Positions 38,915-47,618 of a stretch of DNA of 64,000 nucleotides are shown here, one piece after another. The translations under genes were made by a program, and so were the position numbers. The notes under the pieces were generated by a model, which saw only the letters and a list, made by a program, of their open reading frames with translations, searched no databases and was not told the origin of the DNA. Source of the stretch: Candidatus Latescibacterota bacterium (GTDB lineage: Bacteria; Latescibacterota; UBA2968; UBA8231); contig OZ252098.1 of NCBI GenBank assembly GCA_965248355.1, positions 1,920,001 to 1,984,000 on the forward strand. The letters run 5' to 3'. The stretch's first letter is position 1, and each line of letters opens with the position of its first letter.

Positions 38915-41641
38915 ATGAGGAAGAGGGTCCCCCTAGACCAATCCATGCGCGCTCCCGTCGCTCTCACCCTCCTGGCCCTGTTGGGATCCACTCCGGACCT
39001 GGCGGAAGGGCAGTTCCTGTCCCGGGACTTCCGCGGGCTCTGGGCCAACCAGATCTTCGAGAACTACGGGGCCGCGGGCTACCGGGACTACGACCTGGAA
39101 GAGGAGAACCGGCGCTTCGACCTCTTCGGCGATCTCCTCATCGACGGCGTGGACATCATCGAGTACAGCGAGATCCGGCGGGACGCCCCCGGCATCCGGG
39201 GCAGCTTCGAGACACGCAACGCCCGCTACGAGCGCTTCTTCAGGAAGCTTGTCATCGCCAACGAGGGGTTCGGCAACTGGTCCACCCGCCTGATCATAGG
39301 GGATCACATCCGGACCTTCTTCACCCCCATGACGCTGAACCTGCCCAACTACAACGGGATCCGCTGGGACGGCGCCTCCCGGAAGAGCCGCTTCAGCCTC
39401 ATCGCCAGCCACCTGCGGGATCCGGTGGTGCTGGGCGGGGGCCTCGCCGTGGACCAGAACATCGAGGAGCGCCGGATCTGGGGGGGCAGCCTCTTCGGCG
39501 TTCATTGGGAGAGCCAGATCGGCGGCCTGCTCAAGCTCGGAACCACCTACGTCAACCTGCATCGCTTCGACTCCGAGGCCACTGCCAAGGTCAACAGCCT
39601 CAAAGGGACGATACCCGGGGTCATGCAGGGGGGGCTTCGCAAGGTCTTCGTGTTCTTCTCCGACGACTCCCCCCACGACGCCTTCGCCGGCGCCGCGGTT
39701 CACGAGTTGACCCTGACCGTGGACGGCACACCGGTGATGCCCTTGCGGGTGGGTCGGATCGACGGCCTCATCAGCAAAATCCCGGTCACGCCCGATCCGA
39801 CCAGCACCGTCCTGCTCGAGCCCCACGAGGTCGACTACCTCCGCCGCAACCGCTCCTGGCTGCGCGCCGTGGTCGAGGCCAGCCGGGACCGGTTCTTCGC
39901 CTCCCTGCTGGACGACATCACCACCGACATCACCGCCGAGGCCCTCACCTCCCGCGGCGCGCCCCTTCGCGCCGACGGGAGCGACGTCATCTACTTCGAG
40001 TACGAGGTCCCCGACACGGTGAGCGGTATCGACTTCAGCGCTGTCCTCGCCGACGACTACAGCGTGGACGTCGTGGGGGCCATGCTGGTGCCGATCCTGG
40101 CTCCGGGCGAGGACGACTTCTATTACGACTGGTACAACGCCCGCCGCGCCAGGGGACGGCCCGGCCACGGGTCGAACCGGCACCGGGTCGACTTCCACTA
40201 CGGGTTCCCCACCGGGCTGACCATCGCCGGGCTCGACTGGGACCTCAAGGCACTGGGGTTCCACCTCCAGGGGGAGTTCGCTCGCAGCCTGCGCTTCCTC
40301 CAGGTTCCCAACCGCAAGGCCAAGCGTCACCGCCGGGAGAGCTCGACCTTCTACTTCCGCCTCACCCGCCCCGTGCGCGAGCGGACCGAGCTCGGTTTCG
40401 AGTACTTCGACGTGCCCGACGACTACACCACCGAGTTCCCCCTCTTCCTGACCCAGCGCACCACGAAATCGGTCGGCGGCAGGCTCTACACGCCCTTCGC
40501 CCTCGTGGAGGACAACGACGATCTCGACTTCTGGCCGGACCGGGTGGAGCACAACGATCCGCTGGCGCCGTACGCGGACCCCCTGGGCAGTCAGTTCGGC
40601 CATCCCGGAAAGGGGGTCTACCCCGGCCTGGATCCGGACGACGACGGGGTCTTGGACTACAACCTGGACCTCGAGTTCGGCTCCGATTCCAGCCAGCCCT
40701 TCCTCGGCTACTACTCGGAGCCGTCCGGCCTGGTCTACGGCGACGACTTCGACAACAACGGGGTCGTCGACTACCGCGAGAACGACAACCTGCCGGACTA
40801 TGCCTATCCCCTCGACCACCGCGGCTTCCACGCCTTCGGTACCGTGGGGTTGAGCGCCCGGACCCAGATGCGGGCGGGGTGGTACAGGGTACGCCAGCCG
40901 GTCGTGGGAGGCCGCAACAACACCCAGTACGTCGAGGGGCAGTACCGACGGGACTGGGCGGGCCTGGGGTACCTGCGGTTGAACCACCGTATCAAGTGGA
41001 TGGAGGACGACATCCGCAACACGGTCTTCCGGTTCGGCAGCGTCGGCTCGCTCAATCCGGACCGCCTGGGGAGCCGGGACACGGTCAGCAACTTCACCTT
41101 CTTCGAGACCGGCCTGATGGCCGTGCCCGACGTCAACCTCCGCAACATCATCACCTTCGGCTTCTCGGAGCTGGCCGGGCGTCCCGTGGCCGATCCCTTC
41201 CTGACCATGCCGGGCCGATACACCGGTATCTCGGTGATGAACAAGATCGACTACACTTGGAGGCGCGGCCGGCTGACCGTTCTGCCCCAGTTCAAGCACA
41301 TCTACTACCGCAGCACCTCACCGGAGCGCCACCTGCCCTCTTCGCAGAGCCGCCAGGTCATACCGATTCTGCGCGCCGACTACCAGTTGACCCCCAGGAC
41401 CGAGCTCAGGACCGGCATCCAGGGGTTCCCCTTCTGGCGCGAGAAGACCACCTACGCGGTCCGGCCCGAGAGCCAGTACACGCGCCTGACCTACACGGCG
41501 ATGATCCAGAACCGGAGCAACTACCTGGGCTACGACTTGGTGCTGCTCATGGGCACGTACCGCAGCGAGGTTGACTACTCCGGATCCGACCGGCCGGGCA
41601 ACGGTTTCCTGCAGTATTTCTTCAGGATCTTCATCGGCTGA
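38915..41641 (+). CDS. Large exported protein, putative outer-membrane beta-barrel (paralog 1 of 3); alternative start 38945
   Basis: Signal peptide; amphipathic strands; Asp-rich loop; ends FFRIFIG; shares motifs with the next two genes. Confidence 0.65.
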   Translation: MRKRVPLDQSMRAPVALTLLALLGSTPDLAEGQFLSRDFRGLWANQIFENYGAAGYRDYDLEEENRRFDLFGDLLIDGVDIIEYSEIRRDAPGIRGSFETRNARYERFFRKLVIANEGFGNWSTRLIIGDHIRTFFTPMTLNLPNYNGIRWDGASRKSRFSLIASHLRDPVVLGGGLAVDQNIEERRIWGGSLFGVHWESQIGGLLKLGTTYVNLHRFDSEATAKVNSLKGTIPGVMQGGLRKVFVFFSDDSPHDAFAGAAVHELTLTVDGTPVMPLRVGRIDGLISKIPVTPDPTSTVLLEPHEVDYLRRNRSWLRAVVEASRDRFFASLLDDITTDITAEALTSRGAPLRADGSDVIYFEYEVPDTVSGIDFSAVLADDYSVDVVGAMLVPILAPGEDDFYYDWYNARRARGRPGHGSNRHRVDFHYGFPTGLTIAGLDWDLKALGFHLQGEFARSLRFLQVPNRKAKRHRRESSTFYFRLTRPVRERTELGFEYFDVPDDYTTEFPLFLTQRTTKSVGGRLYTPFALVEDNDDLDFWPDRVEHNDPLAPYADPLGSQFGHPGKGVYPGLDPDDDGVLDYNLDLEFGSDSSQPFLGYYSEPSGLVYGDDFDNNGVVDYRENDNLPDYAYPLDHRGFHAFGTVGLSARTQMRAGWYRVRQPVVGGRNNTQYVEGQYRRDWAGLGYLRLNHRIKWMEDDIRNTVFRFGSVGSLNPDRLGSRDTVSNFTFFETGLMAVPDVNLRNIITFGFSELAGRPVADPFLTMPGRYTGISVMNKIDYTWRRGRLTVLPQFKHIYYRSTSPERHLPSSQSRQVIPILRADYQLTPRTELRTGIQGFPFWREKTTYAVRPESQYTRLTYTAMIQNRSNYLGYDLVLLMGTYRSEVDYSGSDRPGNGFLQYFFRIFIG

Positions 41642-41642
41642 C

Positions 41643-44456
41643 ATGGCGCGCCTTCGATATACGGCGGCGGTGGCCGCGGCCTGCTGGCTCATGACCGGGG
41701 GGGCCTCCCCCGGCGAGGCCCAGCTGCTGTTCAAGCCCGGAGAGCCGTACGCCAACTACGCCTACGAGGGCTACCGGAGCTACCAGAACCTGATCTTCGC
41801 CCGTGACCGCCTGCCCGTGTTCGATCCCCTCGGCCAGTTCGTGATGAACGGCACCGAGGTCTTCAAGCTCCAGGAGACCCGGACGCTCGCCCCTGCGCCG
41901 GGCACCCTCATCTCCAAGCCGAGGCTCTACCAGAACTACCTGAACCGCTTGGTGATCGCGGACGACGCCTACGCCGGGGCCACGAGCAAGCTCATCATCG
42001 GCGACCACCTGCGCACCAAGTTCACCTCCCTGACCCTCGACATGGCGGCCATGAACGGACTGCGCTTCGACACCCGCTTCGAGAGCGGCTCCCTGATCCT
42101 GGCCGCCTCCCGGGTGGACCGGCCGATCTTCGAGGCCCTGGGGCAGCAGAACGTCGACCACCGGGTCCACGGCGTGGAGGAACGCTACGAGACGCGGCCC
42201 CGCTGGTCGACCTACCTGCTCGGCGGCGACCTGCGCACCCAGTTGCCGGGGCTGGACATGGGTTTGAGCTGGGTCAACCAGTACCGCACCGACAGCTTCA
42301 AGGAGCTCAACGACAACAGCTTCAAGGGCACCCTCCCGACCACCGGCGCCCCTCCCGAGTGGATCGTGGTGCGCGTCGCCGACCAGGAGCCCGACGACGA
42401 GGTGGGAGTGCGCGTCAAGGTGCCCACCATCACTCTCAACGGCCGCCGGTTGCAGCACCGTCTCGGACCCTATGACAACCTGGACCCGGATGCCCCGACG
42501 CTCACGGTCACCGAGCATTCCGACCGTACCATCATTCCGCCGATCCTCTGGAGGGACGCCCAGGATCCCATCATCGATCACGACCACGTGGCACCCACAC
42601 CCCAGGGTTTCTACGAGACCCGGGGTCCGGGGAGCCTGCTGTTCTGGTTCCGCGTCCCCCACACCTTCGATGGCGCCGGCGAGACCGAGGTGATCAACCA
42701 GGCCTACGTGGACCTGGACGTGGCCGGGGACTACGTGATCGAGTTGTCGGAGATCTTCGACGGCATCTCCAACAACCCGGCGACCTATTTCTACACGGCC
42801 GCCCGGTCGGCGGGCCGACCGGGCAACCTGAGCGACTTCCGGCGCGTACGGGCCCACTACGGCCGCCAGACCGGCCGCACCCTGGCGAGCGCGCATCTGA
42901 ACCTGGACGTCAAGGGGTTCATGCTGCACACGGAGTACGTGCGCAACTTCTCCTTCCGCGCCTATCCGGCCCTCCTGAGCACCGAGCTCGAGCACTTCCA
43001 GGACGAGAGCCAGGCCTGGTTCGCCGTGCTCCGCCGGAATTGGGAGGACTTCTCCGTCGGTGGCGAGCTGTTCGACGTGGACGCGGCCTATTCCACCGTT
43101 CTCGCGGTGCAGGACGACGCCTTCAACACCAGCGCCGGCTTCCCTTCCGCGCCCTTCAACTACCCCCAGCAGATCCACGAGCCGCGGCTGCCGACCAAGA
43201 TCGGCCGGAACATCACCGACCAGACCTACACGCGCGAGTTCGACACCGTCGACGACAACGACGACAAGGACCAGTACCCGGACACCTACTACCTGCGCAA
43301 GACCACGAATCCGGAGACCGGGGGGCGCTTCATCCAGGATCCGGACGGCGTCTTCCCGGGGCTGGACGCCGATCTGAACGGCCGGCCGGACATCAACGAG
43401 AACAGCAACCTGATCCCCGACTACTACGAGCCCTTCCTGCTCTACAAGGTCAATCCGGACGCCTACGAGTGGGGTGAGGACCTCAACAACAACGGCCAGA
43501 TCGACGAGCGCGAGAACGACCTGAAGTCCGACTACCCCTACGATGTCGACCGCCGCGGGTTCCACGGCTTTTCCCGGCTCTTCCACGGCAGGGCGACCTG
43601 GACCGTGGGACATCACAGGTCCTGGGCGCCCTTCGGAGGCGGCAGGGCGGAGGCGACCTACGCCAAGATCGAGTACGAGCGCCGGATCCCCTTTCTCGTG
43701 GATGTCTACGGCGTGGAGCGGCTCAAGCGCGTGCATGACGACATGGCCGACGACATATTCGGCCTGCGGCGAGACCCCATCTACTTCGAGCCGGACGTGA
43801 TCTCCATCGTGCCGCTCACCGAGGAGCAGATCTTCAATCCCCTGGGCGAGGCCGAGCTGCTCAAGGACCCGCTGCAGATGCGCGACAGCTGGGTCAACAC
43901 TCTCTACACGAGGACGCGCTACATCGGCACGTCCAACCTCAATGTCGAGGTCTCGGTCAAGTATGAAACCAACCTCCAGCAGAGTACACCCCTGCAGCCC
44001 GACAACCGCGTCTCCGACCTGGCCACGGTGGTCAAGGCCGACTACACGTGGAATCCCTGGAGCCGCCTCCGTGTCGTTCCCCAGTTCAAGTGGATGCGGC
44101 AGCGCCTGCAGGACGACGAGCAACGGCTCCTGGAGATCGCCGAGGACTACGTCTACCCGATTCTGAGGTTGGAGTACCCCCTCTCCTCCCGCACCGAGGT
44201 CAAGCTCGGGGCCCAGGGCTTTCCCTTCCTCCAGGGCACGTACCGCAACGGAGCGGCCCGGGGGGTGGATTTCGATTCCCAGGTCTACCTGGCGCTGCTG
44301 AGCAATACCTCCACCTACGTGGGCTACCAGATCAACGTCAACCTGGGTTACGAGAAGCGCATCCGGACCTTCCTGGACGAGACCCGCAGCGATCAGGACA
44401 TCGATTTCTCCCGCCTCTTCCTGCGCGTGATCGTCGGCCTGAGGCCGCAATTCTGA
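41643..44456 (+). CDS. Large exported protein, putative outer-membrane beta-barrel (paralog 2 of 3)
   Basis: Signal peptide; LIIGDHLRTKFTSLTL; GVFPGLDADLNG; ends LFLRVIVGLRPQF. Confidence 0.65.
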   Translation: MARLRYTAAVAAACWLMTGGASPGEAQLLFKPGEPYANYAYEGYRSYQNLIFARDRLPVFDPLGQFVMNGTEVFKLQETRTLAPAPGTLISKPRLYQNYLNRLVIADDAYAGATSKLIIGDHLRTKFTSLTLDMAAMNGLRFDTRFESGSLILAASRVDRPIFEALGQQNVDHRVHGVEERYETRPRWSTYLLGGDLRTQLPGLDMGLSWVNQYRTDSFKELNDNSFKGTLPTTGAPPEWIVVRVADQEPDDEVGVRVKVPTITLNGRRLQHRLGPYDNLDPDAPTLTVTEHSDRTIIPPILWRDAQDPIIDHDHVAPTPQGFYETRGPGSLLFWFRVPHTFDGAGETEVINQAYVDLDVAGDYVIELSEIFDGISNNPATYFYTAARSAGRPGNLSDFRRVRAHYGRQTGRTLASAHLNLDVKGFMLHTEYVRNFSFRAYPALLSTELEHFQDESQAWFAVLRRNWEDFSVGGELFDVDAAYSTVLAVQDDAFNTSAGFPSAPFNYPQQIHEPRLPTKIGRNITDQTYTREFDTVDDNDDKDQYPDTYYLRKTTNPETGGRFIQDPDGVFPGLDADLNGRPDINENSNLIPDYYEPFLLYKVNPDAYEWGEDLNNNGQIDERENDLKSDYPYDVDRRGFHGFSRLFHGRATWTVGHHRSWAPFGGGRAEATYAKIEYERRIPFLVDVYGVERLKRVHDDMADDIFGLRRDPIYFEPDVISIVPLTEEQIFNPLGEAELLKDPLQMRDSWVNTLYTRTRYIGTSNLNVEVSVKYETNLQQSTPLQPDNRVSDLATVVKADYTWNPWSRLRVVPQFKWMRQRLQDDEQRLLEIAEDYVYPILRLEYPLSSRTEVKLGAQGFPFLQGTYRNGAARGVDFDSQVYLALLSNTSTYVGYQINVNLGYEKRIRTFLDETRSDQDIDFSRLFLRVIVGLRPQF

Positions 44457-44460
44457 CCCC

Positions 44461-47400
44461 ATGAGAGCCGGAATCACAAAGAGCGCCGACCGCCGGAGAG
44501 CGGGCCTCCAGGGTAGCCGGCATCACTCCGCCCTGAGCAGCCTGTGGTCGTGGCCTCTCTTCGGCGTGCTGCTGCTGCTCGCGCCGGCCACCGCCGATGA
44601 GGAGAAGGAGGACCGGCCCGAGCACCCGGCCCTGGGACCGGTGCGCCTGATCCCGGATCAGCCCTTCATCGGCCGCATCGGGCGGCAGACCTACCAGAAC
44701 TACGGGTTCGAGGACTACTCCCGGCGTCCCGTGGCCACGAGCAACCTGAGCAACCGCTACAACTATCTGGGCGACCCTCTGGTCTACGGCACCCAGTCGA
44801 TCCGCTGGGTCGAGTCACGAGGTCTGGGCACCTCCCGCGGCTACAGCTCGGTCAGCGAAGGCGGAGCCCACGGCACCGGCCGGGGCGGCACCGACTACGC
44901 GCCGCCCGGCGGCAGCTTCGCCAATCTCTTCAACTACGTCATGGTCGGCTCCGACGGCACCGATACCTGGCAGGCCCGGGCGATCTACGCCAACGAGCTG
45001 CGCTCGAAGTTCACGCCCCTGACCTTCAAGATGTCCAACGTCGACGGATTGCGCCTCGACGTGGGCACCGAGCACGACAGGTTCTCCGCCCTGTTCTCCA
45101 ATCTGACGCCCACGGGCGGCGGCTTCATCGTGCCCACCACCATGCTCGGCGCCCACTACGAGCGCCGGGTGGGCTTCCTCAACTTCGGCGCCAGCTTCGT
45201 CAACGCTCATCAGTACGAGCACCAGATGTCGAACCGCCACCAGTCCTTCAAGGGATCGGTGGGCAACATCCAGCGTCCGACAGCGATGGTGGCCATCCGC
45301 ATCTCCGACGGCTCGCCTCAGGACGGCAGGGACGGGCCGGTGCTCCACGGCGTGAAGGTCTACATCAACGGGGAGCTGCGTCCGGAGGCGGATCCCTTCC
45401 TGATCCGTCTCAATCGACGCGGCGACGCCCGGACCACCTACGTGGCCGGCCTGCTCGACGAAGGCAAGGACAACGAACGCCGCAGGCCCCTGGAGACCGA
45501 CTACCAGACCGTCAACAAGGGGGCGGTCTTCAACAGTTTCGCCGTGTACATCAACTACGCCGCCTTCGACACCGACGCCTACTACAGGGGCTACGACTTC
45601 CCCTTCTTCATCGACCATCTCTACTACCGGGACTTCGCCCGCTTCGGCCCGGACCACGAGTACGAGGAGGGCGTCACCGTCCACAACCAGTTCGCCCACG
45701 AGCTCTCCGAGCCCGACGGCGCCTTCGCCCTGGCCACGGAGGCCGACCTGCCCCAGGCCTTCGACGGCGAGGAATACGCCGTGGTCTACGTCGATCTGGA
45801 GCCCTTCCAGGAGCAGATCAACTCGGTCGACATCGACTTGGAGCTGTCCAGGGACTACCACGTGGAGGTCTCGGAGATCGATCTGGCCGGCAAGCCCCAT
45901 GACCCGCGCGCGGTGAATCCGCGGGACCGCTACAACTACGCGGGTTTCTTCCGCACCGTGGCCTCGGCGCCCGGCAACTCGCGCAGCGACAACATCGAGA
46001 GGGTGCGCGTGAAGGTGGGCGCCTCCACCGGACTGAGCCTCTACAGCGCCAACGTCTACGGGGTGTTCAAGGGCTTCGAGATCGACGGGGAGTTCAGCCG
46101 CAGCCACAGCTACTACCAGTACGCGAGCGGCATCCCCGGACCCCGGGTATATCCTACCGGCGGCGGGCAGACGGTGAACGCCCTGCTCCGGGAGGAGAAC
46201 CCGGGTGCGCGCTCCAGCATCGACGACGATGCCTATTACCTGACGGTCAAGCGCGACTTCCGGAGCTTCGGCGTGGGCGCGGAAGTCTTCTCCATGGGAG
46301 CCCACTTCAACACCGAGCTGCGCTCCCACATCGGACGTAGCGAGGTCAACTTCGGCAACCCGGTGGTCTACAACAACACCTACCTGCACCGGCTGGTGGA
46401 GGACAACGACGACAACGACCGCTACCCGGACACGTGGTACACCAACCGCCCCTTCATCTGGAACGGGCAGTCGGACCTCGACGGCGTCTTCCCGGGCCTG
46501 GACGAGGACAACGACGGCGTGCCGGACACCAACCGGGACTTCGACGCCACGCCCGACTATCTCGAGCCCTTCCTGACCTACGACGTGGATCCGCAGATCT
46601 TCGACTACGGTCTCGATCTCAACCACAACGACTACATCGACGAGCGCGAGAACGACCTGCAGCCGGACCTGCCCTACGACCCGGGCCTGCGGGGACGCCA
46701 CGTCTACGGGACCTTCAAGCCGATCCGGGGCGCACGGATGACCCTGGGGCTGCTTGACGCCGAGCAGATCGCCGCCGGCGATCCGAACGAGTTCCTCTAC
46801 GCCCGCCTTGGTTACGAGCGCCGGATCCCCAGCCTGGGGCGGTTCCAGGGCTCCCTGTTCACCGAGCGAGTGAGGGACGGCGTCGAGGATCCGCTGAGCG
46901 TGTACAGCGATGAGGTCCTGACAGCGGCCGAGCAGCTCCGGCGGGAGTTCGGCGGGTTTCAGCGCAACATCCGCATCTCCCCCTTCCTGGAGGTGCCGCG
47001 GGAGGATCCCCTGCTGTTCAAGAACAGCACCTTCAGCCGCATCTTCGTCGACGCCCGCTGGACGACCCTGCCCGGCCTCAACATCCACAACAAGGTCAAG
47101 TACGAGATCAACCAGCAGCTCGACGGCGAGCTCTACGACGGCACCCTCCAGGAGGGCCGGACCCTGTCGCGGTGGGCCATGGTGCACCGGCTGGACTACC
47201 TGTGGCCCATCCAGCCCAAGCTCAGCCTGTTCTCCGGGCTCAAGTACCGCTTTCTGCGGGAGTGGCAGACGGGGGATGTGACCACCCAGCACGAGCGGCA
47301 CATCATCCCCATCCTCAAGCTCAACTACGACCTGACCCTGAGGACCCGCCTCCAGTTCGGTGTGGAAGGCCTGGGCACCCTCCTGCCCTACTCGGTCGTC

Positions 47401-47616
47401 GATCTGGCGCAGCCGGAGAACGACTTCGAGCAGTACGACTACGTGCTCATGCTGACGAACAACTCCAAGTACTTCGGCTACATCCTCTCCACCAATGCCG
47501 GCCTCAGCCGCAGGCACAGGGTCTTCGACGACCCGGCCGTGGCGCAGGTCAAGGACGAGAAATTCACGGCGGTCTTCATCAACGTGATCCTCGGCTTCGA
47601 GGAGGAGACCTACTAG
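44461..47616 (+). CDS. Large exported protein, putative outer-membrane beta-barrel (paralog 3 of 3)
   Basis: Signal peptide; LRSKFTPLTF; GVFPGLDEDNDG; ends FINVILGFEEETY. Confidence 0.65.
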   Translation: MRAGITKSADRRRAGLQGSRHHSALSSLWSWPLFGVLLLLAPATADEEKEDRPEHPALGPVRLIPDQPFIGRIGRQTYQNYGFEDYSRRPVATSNLSNRYNYLGDPLVYGTQSIRWVESRGLGTSRGYSSVSEGGAHGTGRGGTDYAPPGGSFANLFNYVMVGSDGTDTWQARAIYANELRSKFTPLTFKMSNVDGLRLDVGTEHDRFSALFSNLTPTGGGFIVPTTMLGAHYERRVGFLNFGASFVNAHQYEHQMSNRHQSFKGSVGNIQRPTAMVAIRISDGSPQDGRDGPVLHGVKVYINGELRPEADPFLIRLNRRGDARTTYVAGLLDEGKDNERRRPLETDYQTVNKGAVFNSFAVYINYAAFDTDAYYRGYDFPFFIDHLYYRDFARFGPDHEYEEGVTVHNQFAHELSEPDGAFALATEADLPQAFDGEEYAVVYVDLEPFQEQINSVDIDLELSRDYHVEVSEIDLAGKPHDPRAVNPRDRYNYAGFFRTVASAPGNSRSDNIERVRVKVGASTGLSLYSANVYGVFKGFEIDGEFSRSHSYYQYASGIPGPRVYPTGGGQTVNALLREENPGARSSIDDDAYYLTVKRDFRSFGVGAEVFSMGAHFNTELRSHIGRSEVNFGNPVVYNNTYLHRLVEDNDDNDRYPDTWYTNRPFIWNGQSDLDGVFPGLDEDNDGVPDTNRDFDATPDYLEPFLTYDVDPQIFDYGLDLNHNDYIDERENDLQPDLPYDPGLRGRHVYGTFKPIRGARMTLGLLDAEQIAAGDPNEFLYARLGYERRIPSLGRFQGSLFTERVRDGVEDPLSVYSDEVLTAAEQLRREFGGFQRNIRISPFLEVPREDPLLFKNSTFSRIFVDARWTTLPGLNIHNKVKYEINQQLDGELYDGTLQEGRTLSRWAMVHRLDYLWPIQPKLSLFSGLKYRFLREWQTGDVTTQHERHIIPILKLNYDLTLRTRLQFGVEGLGTLLPYSVVDLAQPENDFEQYDYVLMLTNNSKYFGYILSTNAGLSRRHRVFDDPAVAQVKDEKFTAVFINVILGFEEETY

Positions 47617-47618
47617 GG

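Noticed and set aside
38464..47517. Long overlapping ORFs across the barrel genes (1036, 948, 900, 788 aa)
   Set aside because: Antisense or off-frame shadows caused by GC3-biased codons.
38915..47616. Calling the three large paralogs TonB-dependent receptors or SprA
   Set aside because: No TonB box or plug motif recognised, and they are much shorter than SprA; left unassigned.
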